DNA of 64,000 bases. Origin: Planctomycetota bacterium (GTDB lineage Bacteria; Planctomycetota; UBA1135; GCA-002748355). The translations under genes were made by a program, and so were the position numbers. This document shows, piece by piece, positions 38,040 through 46,594 of the stretch; position 1 is the stretch's first letter, and each line of letters begins with the position of its first letter. The stretch is from the NCBI GenBank assembly GCA_020426005.1, contig JAGQQW010000001.1, positions 32,909 through 96,908 on the forward strand. Reading direction: 5' to 3'. Under the pieces are notes generated by a model. It ran no database searches. It saw only the letters and a list, made by a program, of their open reading frames with translations, and was not told the origin of the DNA.

Positions 38040-39229
38040 TGCCCGAAGCTGCCCTGCACGACGTGGAGGTAGATCGCCTCGAGACGGTCAGCGACCGTAT
38101 CGAGGGAGTGATGGACGGCGACCGACGATCGAGCCCTTGCGCCCATCCACGACGCTCGCCCACGCTCCGCGAACATCCACGTGAGCGCGTCCCGGATCGG
38201 CGAAGGCTCGGGCTCGACGGTGACTCCTCCGCCATCGTCGGTCAAGGCCTGCAAGTGGCACGCATCGGTGACCAGCAGCGGCAAACCCGCGGCAGCCGCT
38301 TCGAGCGGTGCAACGGGCAACCCCTCGCTCCGGGACGTGAGACAGAAGACATCCGATGCGGCGAACGCGCGACGCCGCCCCTCATCGTCGACGAGGCCGA
38401 GGAAGCGCACACGCGGTCGATCGCCGGCCATCAACCCGCACGTCGTGGCGAGACTCAGGATGCGCTCGCGCTCGCCAGGATCGCACGGACCGGCGACGAG
38501 CAACACGAGATCGTTCCACAGAGCGTACGACATGCCTTGGATCAGCAAATCCAGACCTTTGAGCGGAGTCACGCGGCCCAGATAGAGGAGCACGCGTTCA
38601 TCCGTCAACCCGAGCGCTTCGCGCGCTTCATATCGCTCGGCACTGTGGATGCGCTCCGCGAGTTCGATGCCGTTCGGCACCATGAATATCCGATTCTCTC
38701 GCGCCCCTTGTTCGAGGTAGTCGTCCCGCTCCTTCTCGTTCATCGCATGCAGAGCTTCGGCCGCACCGAGGACACGATGCTCGATGAGCGGCAAGAAGAG
38801 CTTCTTCCGCCGCCCTTTCACTTCGAGTCGCACGGGACACAGCGCGCCCTCTGCCGAGTAGACGTACGGTACCTTCGCCTTGTTCGCGGCGCTCCGCACG
38901 TAGTCACCGAGTAGCGTCAGACCGAGATTGCTGAGCACGAGGTCCGCGCCGCTCATGGCGCCGAGCATCGGTCGCCGGATCGCCTTCATGCCGTACGGAG
39001 GCACTCGCTGCCACGGCCAAGTCCGAACCATGCGCACGAGGTACGGTCCTTCCTCGAACCAGCGATCGACCGGACGCTCTCCCTCGAAGCCGAGATTGCT
39101 CGTCACGACGCGGATCTCGTGGCCGCGCTCAGCGAGCTTCTGCGTCATGCGACGCGCATGCGTGACCGAGCCCCCATAGCGCGGGTGCCAGAACGGAAGC
39201 ACACGTACGATCCGCAGCCGTCTCACCAT
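38036..39229 (-). CDS. Glycosyltransferase family 4 (GT-B fold)
   Basis: A 397-aa protein with the C-terminal GT4 signature (FCLTSRSEGLPVAPLEAAAAGLPLLVTD, the E-x7-E region). Confidence 0.85.
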   Translation of the reverse strand: MVRRLRIVRVLPFWHPRYGGSVTHARRMTQKLAERGHEIRVVTSNLGFEGERPVDRWFEEGPYLVRMVRTWPWQRVPPYGMKAIRRPMLGAMSGADLVLSNLGLTLLGDYVRSAANKAKVPYVYSAEGALCPVRLEVKGRRKKLFLPLIEHRVLGAAEALHAMNEKERDDYLEQGARENRIFMVPNGIELAERIHSAERYEAREALGLTDERVLLYLGRVTPLKGLDLLIQGMSYALWNDLVLLVAGPCDPGERERILSLATTCGLMAGDRPRVRFLGLVDDEGRRRAFAASDVFCLTSRSEGLPVAPLEAAAAGLPLLVTDACHLQALTDDGGGVTVEPEPSPIRDALTWMFAERGRASWMGARARSSVAVHHSLDTVADRLEAIYLHVVQGSFGQ

Positions 39230-40050
39230 GACTGCAGGTGCGTCTTTCGAAAGAGCCAGTAGACGAAGCCGGATGGCATCCGCAGAAGGCCGCGCTCGAT
39301 CGCGATGCGAACCCGATCACCGATCGAACGCGCGTCACTCCAATAGCGGTCCTTGATCGCGAGCGTGTCGGCAAGAGTCGCGCGCAAACGTGTGCGCTTG
39401 CTCGCGTTCGCGTGAAGGCGGTAGTCGAGCAGGGCTTCGGAGAGATTGCAGAAGCGACCGCCGCGATGCGCGAGGCGCGACCAGAGTTCGTAGTCTTCGC
39501 AGACCCGAGTCGCGGATTCGTCGTAGCCGCCAGCCTCGACGATCGAAGTCTTGCGGGCCATCACACTCGGGTGCGCGATCGGATTGAAACGCGGCAACGC
39601 TGCGAGGATCGCCTCGTGTGTGGTCGGATAGCCGCGCATCCCCGCCGGACGCCCGTTGCCATCGATCACGCGAATCGCCGAACCGACGATGTCGACGTCC
39701 GGATTTGCTTGTAGGAAGTCGACCTGCCGTTCGAGGCGCGATGCGTAACTCACATCATCGCCGTCATGCATCGCAACGAAAGCACCGCGCGCGAGCGCCA
39801 AACCACGGTTGCGGGCTGCGGCCATCGAACTCTTCTCGGGATGAACGAGATGCCGAATGCGCTCGTCGTCGAACTCCTCGACCGTCGCACGCGCCGCGAT
39901 CTCGCTCACGTCTTCGAGGATCAACAACTCGAAGTCTCGTAGGGTCTGCTCGACGATGCTGCGAATCGCAACACGCAAGACGAGAGGGTCCGCACGCCAG
40001 ATCGGCATGAGCACGGAGACTCGCGGCTCCCTCACACCGTGCGCGCTCAC
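39223..40050 (-). CDS. Glycosyltransferase family 2
   Basis: GT-A motifs are present: VSVLMPIWRAD (the VSVIIPTYN equivalent), DGDD (the DxD motif) and LEDVSE. The start is refined to the GTG at 40050, which overlaps the stop of the upstream GT gene as GTGA. The 370-aa track ORF would overlap that gene by about 290 nt with Arg-rich sequence. Confidence 0.8.
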   Translation of the reverse strand: MSAHGVREPRVSVLMPIWRADPLVLRVAIRSIVEQTLRDFELLILEDVSEIAARATVEEFDDERIRHLVHPEKSSMAAARNRGLALARGAFVAMHDGDDVSYASRLERQVDFLQANPDVDIVGSAIRVIDGNGRPAGMRGYPTTHEAILAALPRFNPIAHPSVMARKTSIVEAGGYDESATRVCEDYELWSRLAHRGGRFCNLSEALLDYRLHANASKRTRLRATLADTLAIKDRYWSDARSIGDRVRIAIERGLLRMPSGFVYWLFRKTHLQSW

Positions 40051-41327
40051 CGAACGACAGCTCCCTGTAGTTCGGAGCTCCGCGTGGTCGTTTTCAAGAT
40101 GCCACGCCACAGTTCGGCAACGCGCATCGTCGTCCAATTCTCGCGAACGGAGGCATTCGCCGACTGTCCCACGCGATCTCTCGTCTCCTGCGAGACGACG
40201 AGTCGCGCGAGAGCTCGATACCAATCGTCCTGCGATTCGCACGTGAATCCCGTTTCGCCGGAAACGATGCAACGCGCATAGTCTCCGCATGCAGTTGCGA
40301 CGAGCGGGCGTTCGACGATCGCGGCTTCGAGCCACTTGAGCGCGCTCTTCGATGTATCGAAGTCCACGTGGCGCAGCGGTGCGAGGTGGATCGCGACGTC
40401 ACGAAGCGCCTTCGCATAGCGACTCGTCTCCACGAGAGCCATGCGCTCGATCCTGCTCCCGTGCTTCGCGAGCAGCGACGGAACGGCAACCGGCCCGACG
40501 AGGCGCAACAGGACATCCGGGAACTCCGTGAGCACACGGTCGAGCGCGGGCGCGACACTCGCGAACGCCTCGTCATGGGTCGGCGTACCCGAGAAGAAAC
40601 CGATGCGGATGCGTCCGTCGCTGCGCGCCTCGCGAATCGCCGCGTCCGCGGCTTCGAGCATGGCTCGCGACACGACGTTGGGAACGATGGTCGTCACAGC
40701 GCGCGGAAAGCGCGCACGCACAGCGTCGTCGATTCCCGGCGTCGACACGATCACGTGGTCACAGATCTCGATCGTCTCCCCGATGCGCCGGGCATGATCC
40801 GTCGCCCATTGCCGTTCGAACGCGCGTTCGCAGCTACCGGCATCGAGTTCTGCAGCGTGCGTCGCATCGAAGAGCAAGTCGTCGATATCGAAGAGCACCG
40901 GAATGCCGAGTTGGTGCGCATCCTCGACGAACGAACGGACACGAGCGTCAGACGGCACTCGCTGGAGCACGACGGCACGCGACGTCGACAACCACGCTTC
41001 GGGGCTTCGCGCCGGGAAGCACAGCAAGTCCGCCGACATATCGATGTGCGCGAGGGCCTCGATTGCGTGATCGCATCGATAGCGCCTCGTGCCCCCGGGA
41101 CAGGCCGACACGAACAGCACGTCGCGCTGTTGGTGCGGATCGCTCACCGGACGTTCGTGATCGTCGCACAAGCGCGAGTTGTAGATGCGCAAGCGCGCGA
41201 GCGCGGGCCGCACGCCTTCGCCACGCACCGCGGCGAAGAACTTACGCGTGAGTTCGATCGCGCCTTCGTGGCGAATCGCCGAGCCGAGCGCGAGCAACGG
41301 TGCGAGCTTCGAGCGTTGCTCCCCCAC
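40047..41327 (-). CDS. Glycosyltransferase, GT-B fold (group 1 / GT4-like)
   Basis: A 426-aa protein with C-terminal ATACGDYARCIVSGETGF, typical of the group-1 glycosyltransferase C-domain. Confidence 0.8.
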   Translation of the reverse strand: MGEQRSKLAPLLALGSAIRHEGAIELTRKFFAAVRGEGVRPALARLRIYNSRLCDDHERPVSDPHQQRDVLFVSACPGGTRRYRCDHAIEALAHIDMSADLLCFPARSPEAWLSTSRAVVLQRVPSDARVRSFVEDAHQLGIPVLFDIDDLLFDATHAAELDAGSCERAFERQWATDHARRIGETIEICDHVIVSTPGIDDAVRARFPRAVTTIVPNVVSRAMLEAADAAIREARSDGRIRIGFFSGTPTHDEAFASVAPALDRVLTEFPDVLLRLVGPVAVPSLLAKHGSRIERMALVETSRYAKALRDVAIHLAPLRHVDFDTSKSALKWLEAAIVERPLVATACGDYARCIVSGETGFTCESQDDWYRALARLVVSQETRDRVGQSANASVRENWTTMRVAELWRGILKTTTRSSELQGAVVR

Positions 41328-41336
41328 CGTGAGCGC

Positions 41337-42506
41337 TCACCGATCCGAGAACGCGCGAACCGTCCTGACGACGTACTCGATCTCGTCGCGGCGAAGCGTC
41401 GGGAAGATCGGAAGTGCGAGCGTCTCGCGTGCAGCGGCTTCGGACACGGGGAAGTCGCCTTCTCGATGACCGAGACTGCGATAGCACTCCTGCATGTGCA
41501 AGGAGAGCGGGTAGTAGATCTCGGTGCCGACGCCGTTCTCCGAGAGCCAGGATCGCAGTTCGTCCCGTCGTCCATCGGACACGCGAACGACGAACTGGTT
41601 GTAGATGTGCGAGGGATCGACCACCGTCGGCAGAGTCAGCAAAGGACCCGAGTCCGATGGCGTGCCATCCGCGTTCGCGGCGAGTTCGGCGTCGACGAAG
41701 AGTTCGCGATAGAGCGCCGCGTTGTCGCGCCGTGCCTGATGCGCAGCGTCGAGTTCGGGAAGGCGCACTCGAAGCAGCGCCGCTTGGAGAGCGTCGATGC
41801 GGAAGTTGCCGCCGATCTCCTTGTGGTAGTAGCGCGGACTCATTCCATGCCCGCGCAGGATCGCGAGACGCTCCGCGATGGCAGCATCGCCCGTCGTCAC
41901 GAGACCCGCGTCGCCCAGTGCCCCGAGGTTCTTCGTCGGATAGAAGGAGAAGCAGCCCATCGTGCCCATCGACCCGGCGCGGCGCCCCCGCCACTCGGCT
42001 CCGATCGCTTGCGCAGCATCCTCGATCACGTGCACACCGCGCTGCGCGGCGAGTTCCTCGATCTCGGTCATGTCACAGCACTGACCGAAGAGGTGTACGG
42101 GAATCAACGCCTTCGTGTTCGGGCCGATACAGGGCTCGAGGAGCGCTGCCGTCACGTTGAACGTTCGCGGGTCGATGTCGCAGAACACCGGTTTGGCTCC
42201 GAGGCGCGATACGGCGCCGGCGGTCGCGAAGAACGTGAACGTCGGCAGCACCACCTCGTCGCCGGGTCCGACGTCGAGCGCCATCAGGGCGACGAGCAAC
42301 GCATCCGAACCCGAAGAAACCCCGACCGCGTGCGCCGAACCGCAGTACTCGGCACATTCGGCTTCGAGCGCTTCGACTTCGGGACCGAGGATGTAGCGCC
42401 CACTCGTGAGAACGCTGTCGAACACCTCGCGCATGCGCGCGAAGACGGCCTCCTGGCCGCGGGTCGTGTCGAGGAGTGGAACGCTGGTGACGGCCGTCGT
42501 GCTCAT
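41337..42506 (-). CDS. DegT/DnrJ/EryC1/StrS-family PLP-dependent sugar aminotransferase
   Basis: Carries GDEVVLPTFTFFATAGAV, FSFYPTKNLGALGDAGLVTT (the PLP-lysine region) and a C-terminal GVGTEIYYPLSLH. The start is refined to MSTTAVTSVPLLD. Confidence 0.9.
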   Translation of the reverse strand: MSTTAVTSVPLLDTTRGQEAVFARMREVFDSVLTSGRYILGPEVEALEAECAEYCGSAHAVGVSSGSDALLVALMALDVGPGDEVVLPTFTFFATAGAVSRLGAKPVFCDIDPRTFNVTAALLEPCIGPNTKALIPVHLFGQCCDMTEIEELAAQRGVHVIEDAAQAIGAEWRGRRAGSMGTMGCFSFYPTKNLGALGDAGLVTTGDAAIAERLAILRGHGMSPRYYHKEIGGNFRIDALQAALLRVRLPELDAAHQARRDNAALYRELFVDAELAANADGTPSDSGPLLTLPTVVDPSHIYNQFVVRVSDGRRDELRSWLSENGVGTEIYYPLSLHMQECYRSLGHREGDFPVSEAAARETLALPIFPTLRRDEIEYVVRTVRAFSDR

Positions 42507-42651
42507 GTGGATCTCGGAAGGCCTGCAGGACGAGCGGAGCATAGCAGCATGGCCTCGGAGTTACGGTACGCACGAATTGCGCGTTTTGCCCGCCTGCAGT
42601 GTTGACGCGTGCACGCGTCGACGCTCCGCGCCGCGTCCGTGATCCACCGTG

Positions 42652-43197
42652 TCAGTCGAGAATGTCGCCGAGCTGCGTCTTGAGCCGCTCCAGGCTGTCC
42701 TCGCTGAGTTCCGGGGCACCGAGTCGCAGGCGCTTGTTCTCGTCGCGCGGGTGCTTGAAGACGAGATCCCCACGCGCGCCACCTGCTTGGCGCACCGGCT
42801 TCAGGATCTTCTTGCGCGTCAACATCAACGCGATGACGTAACGCAGCGCTTCGACCTCTTCGCGATCGTCGTCCAGCAGGCCGAGGAAAAGCTGATGCAT
42901 CGCGGCGATGTCGACGACGTTCTGGTCGGCTTTGTTCTCACTCCGCCGCGTACGCCAGTAGATCCCTTCCGCAGCACCGCCCCAGCATGCGTCACAGGAA
43001 TCACGCCGTACGAGGACGGGCGACGCATCCTCACCCTCGGTCGAGACGTGCAACGTCGACCAGTATTCTTGTCCGGGCAAGAACGGTGCATTGCACGCAT
43101 GGCAGTGTTTTGCGGTCTGGGCAATGTGCCATTCCCCATGCTGTTCGCGAGCTGCGCCTTCGCGAGCTGTATCTTCGCGTTCTACGGCTTCACCCAA
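42652..43197 (-). CDS. Hypothetical protein with N-terminal CxxC...CxxC zinc-ribbon-like motif
   Basis: A 181-aa protein with CHACNAPF ... CDACWGG spaced about 45 aa apart and a helical C-terminal half. No family was recognised. Confidence 0.45.
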   Translation of the reverse strand: MGEAVEREDTAREGAAREQHGEWHIAQTAKHCHACNAPFLPGQEYWSTLHVSTEGEDASPVLVRRDSCDACWGGAAEGIYWRTRRSENKADQNVVDIAAMHQLFLGLLDDDREEVEALRYVIALMLTRKKILKPVRQAGGARGDLVFKHPRDENKRLRLGAPELSEDSLERLKTQLGDILD

Positions 43198-43228
43198 TGT
43201 TCGTTCTCCCTGTGCCCTTCGATGCGAC

Positions 43229-44179
43229 TCACTGCCCGCGAGAGCTGCCGTCGAGCCACTCCCGCCAGCGCGACACGCTCGACCCGTAGTCCCGCCCCGT
43301 CAAGTCTCGCAACGCTTCGATCGCGGCCGAGATCTCGCTGCCGCGATCCCCGCTCATGACTTGCTCCAGTCGATCCACGAGCGCGCGTACCTGGTCGACG
43401 GCGCCTGCGTCCGCGAGCGCGAGGAGCGCACGCCCGCGCACCCAGGCATCTCGGTCGTCGTTCGCCAACTGCCATGCGCGCGCGACGAACGCGCTCTTGT
43501 CGGAACGGTCTTTCGCGAGGACTCCGAGCGCGCGGATTGCGGTCCCGCGCTGTTGCCAGTCCGGATGCGCGAGACAGCGCTCGAGCAGCGCCTCGCTTGC
43601 CGGATCGGGACCGAGTTCTGCCAGAAAGGCGAGCACCTCGCGTTTGGACGGTTCATTGCCTTCATCGTACTCGTGCATCAGATCCTGGCGCAGGGCGGCA
43701 GGGTCGTGTGCTTCGAGCAAGTATTTGGCAAGTGAGCGCAGCTGCGTGCGGCGGTCCCTGAGCAGGTAGACGAAGATCGCGCGGCGCCCGGTCGGACCGA
43801 GTTCGGCGAGTTCGCGGCGGGCGCGGTAGAGCGGGTAGTTGCGATTCTTCTCGAGCGTTCCGGCGCGCTCTGGCACGACTCCGCTCGCCTGCCAACGATC
43901 CGCGTCGGCGACGGCCATCGTGACCATCCACTTGGCGATCCAGGGTGCGGCGCGCGGCTCTTTGGTGAGCAGTGCTTGCCGTGCGTCGCTGTAGGCAGCG
44001 TCGGAAACACCGAATTGCTGCTGCAAGGCTTCGAGGTCTTTCTCGCAGCGATCGAGCACGGCGCGGTCCTCGAGGATCGGGCGCGATGGATCGCTGGCGT
44101 TCTTGGGCCCGGTGGCACAGGCGCCGAGCAAAGCAAGGACGGCGAACCAGTTCCGATGGCTGAGTTTTTCGACACGCAT
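43229..44179 (-). CDS. HEAT-repeat lipoprotein
   Basis: The start is refined to MRVEKLSHRNWFAVLALLGACATG (lipobox LLGAC). The C-terminal half has HEAT/PBS-lyase-like repeats (DWQQRGTAIRALGVLA, DAWVRGRALLALADAG). Confidence 0.6.
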   Translation of the reverse strand: MRVEKLSHRNWFAVLALLGACATGPKNASDPSRPILEDRAVLDRCEKDLEALQQQFGVSDAAYSDARQALLTKEPRAAPWIAKWMVTMAVADADRWQASGVVPERAGTLEKNRNYPLYRARRELAELGPTGRRAIFVYLLRDRRTQLRSLAKYLLEAHDPAALRQDLMHEYDEGNEPSKREVLAFLAELGPDPASEALLERCLAHPDWQQRGTAIRALGVLAKDRSDKSAFVARAWQLANDDRDAWVRGRALLALADAGAVDQVRALVDRLEQVMSGDRGSEISAAIEALRDLTGRDYGSSVSRWREWLDGSSRGQ

Positions 44180-44225
44180 GACGGGACATGTTGGCAAGAG
44201 GCGCCTCAGGAGGCAAAACGCTTCC

Positions 44226-45365
44226 ATGCAGCACACCCTCGAAGTCGTGGCGAATCGCCGTCAACGCCGAGAGTTCCTCCGTCTTCCTCGCCGCTACGAG
44301 AGCCGGATACAGCACTTCGTGCCGCCGCTGATCCACGAGCAGGCGAAGCTCCTCGATACCAAGAGGCATCCGTTCTACCACCATGCGGATGCACGATTCT
44401 GGCTCGCGCGGAACCAAGACGGACAGGCATGCGGACGCATTTCGGCCGTTGTCGACCGTGAGAGCCTCGCCTTTCACCACGACGAGACCGGCGTATTCGG
44501 GCACATCCTTGCGGATGACGAGGAGGTTGCGCACGTTCTGCTCGAGGCGGCCCGCGAGTACCTGCGTGAGCAGGGTATGCGGCGCATGCGCGGGCCGATC
44601 GAACTGTCGACCAACTACACGTGCGGACTGCAAGTCGGCGGCTTCGATATCCAGCCACGCATCGACATCCCGCAACACCCACCCGAACTCCAAGGGTTTC
44701 TCGAACGTGACGGCCTGGAGAAGGGCAAAGACCTCCTGTGCTTCGAAGTGCGCAGGGACAACATCGACATGTCGCGACTCGAACGCGGCAACCGCGTCGC
44801 GCAAAGGCGTACGAAAGCGACGATTCGCAATCTCGATCGTCGGCGCTGGAACGAAGAACTCGATCGGATCCACGAGCTCTACGTGCAGTGTTGGGAAAAC
44901 AACTACGCCTTCGCGCCAATGACCCGCGACGAGTTCTTCCACGTCGCCAAAGGCTTTCGGCAGATCTATGTCGACGGCCTCTGCCAAATCGCCGAGATCG
45001 ACGGACGCACCGTCGGTTTCATCCTCGGTCTTCCGGACATCAACGTCGGGATTCGGGCATGCAACGGACGTCTGTTTCCGTTCGGATTCATCCGCTTCCT
45101 GCGAGCAGTCCGGAAGACACCGCGCTTCCGCGTCCTCACCCTAGGCGTGTTGCCCGAGTACCGCGGGCGCGGGCTCGACGCGTTCCTCATCACGAACCAC
45201 ATTCAAATGTCCGTGCCGACCGGCTACTCCGACGCCGAACTCTCGTGGGTCCTCGAAGACAACCTAGCGATGATCAAGCCACTCCAAGAAATGGCAGCCG
45301 CCGAAACGATCCGCCTGCGCCTCTACGAGCAAGAACTCCGATCCAACAGCCCGAAAGGCGCATGA
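44226..45365 (+). CDS. GNAT-fold acyltransferase-like protein (C-terminal GNAT motif A; family not resolved, possibly FemAB-like or N-acyltransferase)
   Basis: About 380 aa from MQHTLEV. The C-terminal LGVLPEYRGRGLDAFLI is a classical GNAT motif A (R/Q-x-x-G-x-G/A). The long N-terminal region has no recognised motif. Confidence 0.55.
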   Translation: MQHTLEVVANRRQRREFLRLPRRYESRIQHFVPPLIHEQAKLLDTKRHPFYHHADARFWLARNQDGQACGRISAVVDRESLAFHHDETGVFGHILADDEEVAHVLLEAAREYLREQGMRRMRGPIELSTNYTCGLQVGGFDIQPRIDIPQHPPELQGFLERDGLEKGKDLLCFEVRRDNIDMSRLERGNRVAQRRTKATIRNLDRRRWNEELDRIHELYVQCWENNYAFAPMTRDEFFHVAKGFRQIYVDGLCQIAEIDGRTVGFILGLPDINVGIRACNGRLFPFGFIRFLRAVRKTPRFRVLTLGVLPEYRGRGLDAFLITNHIQMSVPTGYSDAELSWVLEDNLAMIKPLQEMAAAETIRLRLYEQELRSNSPKGA

Positions 45366-45379
45366 AAGGTGCCAGGGTC

Positions 45380-45493
45380 GTTTCGCGGTACTTTCCCGCA
45401 TGTTTTGTCCCTGGCACGTTTCGCGGTACTTTCCCGCGTGTTTTGTCCCTGGCACGTTTCGCGGTACTTTCGCGCGTGTTTTGTCCCTGGCAC
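45380..45493. repeat. 38-bp tandem direct repeat x3 (plus partial 4th copy) in a convergent intergenic region
   Basis: Read directly: gtttcgcggtactttcccgc[a/g]tgttttgtccctggcac occurs three times head-to-tail with 1-2 substitutions. Each unit contains a CGCGG...CCGCG mini-palindrome. A 9-bp inverted copy of the unit end (gtgccaggg) lies immediately upstream at 45370-45378. Confidence 0.85.
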
Positions 45494-45535
45494 GTTTCGT
45501 GCGGTTCGAGATTGTTCCGGTGCCGGTGCGGACGG

Positions 45536-46567
45536 TCAGAAGAGGTCGCTGTCGCCTAGGCAATACGACCAGTTGGAGGCGAGCCACTCTTGGGTGAGGC
45601 CGCTCGTCCAGTCGCGGCTGCCCAGCTTGCGCTCGAACCAGTTCTTCGAGGGATGAAGCTCGAACCCTAGGGATCGGAAGTGGGTGCCGGCGAAGAGATC
45701 TGGATTCTCCACGGTCATCAGACTGCGGCATGCGTTTGCGGCGGCAAGATCTTCCGCGGAAGCGATGAGGGCGTTCAGCGTTGTCTCGTCCCCGGGTGCG
45801 ACGAGGAGGTCTCCGATCGTCGCGGCGTCGGGGACGAGGGAACCGCTCGTCCGAACGACCGCAAGGCCAGCGAGACTGTCGGCGGAATGCGCGACCAAGA
45901 CGTGATACCGATTCGGCGCGTCGGGACCGTAACGCCACGACAGGTAGCGAGCGTCCTTGATCGTGACGCAGGAATAGGACACGCCGACACGTGCGAAGAG
46001 CGCATCGAGGGCCTCCGCATCGTGGGACCAGTCGACTGGGCGCACTTCGATGCCACCGCGGGACTCGCTTGCCGAGCCTGTGACGAGCGACGGCTCGATG
46101 TCGCGCATGAGGAACTCGACCGAGCGCACGAGGCCATAGCCGAGATAGCGCTCGCCGATGCGCCACGCAGCCCGAACGGGGTAGCCGAAGCCGAGATGGT
46201 CTTCTCGACCACCGAAGCGCTCGAAGTAGCGCTCGGCGACCTCGAGGAACAGGCCGCGCTTTCGAAGCCCCTTCCGATACGCGGGATGGACCATCGAATC
46301 GACGGCGTGGAAGAACGATAGCTCTCTCCCTTCGGGACCGCGCACGCGCATCGGAATCCCCGCGTATTGGCAGGCAACCGTTCCATCGTCGTCGACACCG
46401 ATCAGGATGCGATGCCCGGCTGGGTTCAGCTCATACAGCCAGCGCCAGTGTGCAAGCCCTCGATCGACGTAACCCTCGGTCCACGATTCCGAGAACGTCG
46501 TGTTGAACGTCGCGAGGATGTTCCCCTCGTCACCCGGACGATATTCGCGAAACTCGATCTCACCCAT
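45536..46567 (-). CDS. Two-domain GNAT-family N-acetyltransferase (paralog A)
   Basis: A 343-aa protein. The N-terminal domain has HPAYRKGLRKRGL (GNAT motif A-like). The C-terminus YCLGDSDLF is shared with the neighbouring paralog. Confidence 0.65.
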   Translation of the reverse strand: MGEIEFREYRPGDEGNILATFNTTFSESWTEGYVDRGLAHWRWLYELNPAGHRILIGVDDDGTVACQYAGIPMRVRGPEGRELSFFHAVDSMVHPAYRKGLRKRGLFLEVAERYFERFGGREDHLGFGYPVRAAWRIGERYLGYGLVRSVEFLMRDIEPSLVTGSASESRGGIEVRPVDWSHDAEALDALFARVGVSYSCVTIKDARYLSWRYGPDAPNRYHVLVAHSADSLAGLAVVRTSGSLVPDAATIGDLLVAPGDETTLNALIASAEDLAAANACRSLMTVENPDLFAGTHFRSLGFELHPSKNWFERKLGSRDWTSGLTQEWLASNWSYCLGDSDLF

Positions 46568-46594
46568 ACGGCCCTCATCGACAGAACCCGCGAT

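Noticed and set aside
39223-40335. Full 370-aa extent of the GT2 track ORF
   Set aside because: The first about 95 aa are Arg/Cys-rich and would overlap the upstream GT gene by about 290 nt. A GTG at 40050 overlapping the upstream stop (GTGA) immediately precedes the conserved GT2 N-terminus.
40368-42605. 745-aa plus-strand ORF antisense to the GT-B and DegT genes
   Set aside because: It is Arg/Glu/Asp-rich antisense noise, and the opposite strand has canonical DegT and glycosyltransferase motifs.
45380-45493. Possible CRISPR array
   Set aside because: The repeats are contiguous with no unique spacers between them, there are only 3.2 copies, and no cas genes are nearby. It is a simple tandem repeat.
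45369-45656. 95-aa ORF, and the overlapping tail of 44738..45559, with reiterated FRGTFP...VLSLARF peptide
   Set aside because: This is a translation of the 38-bp tandem repeat. It has no start context and lies between convergent gene ends.
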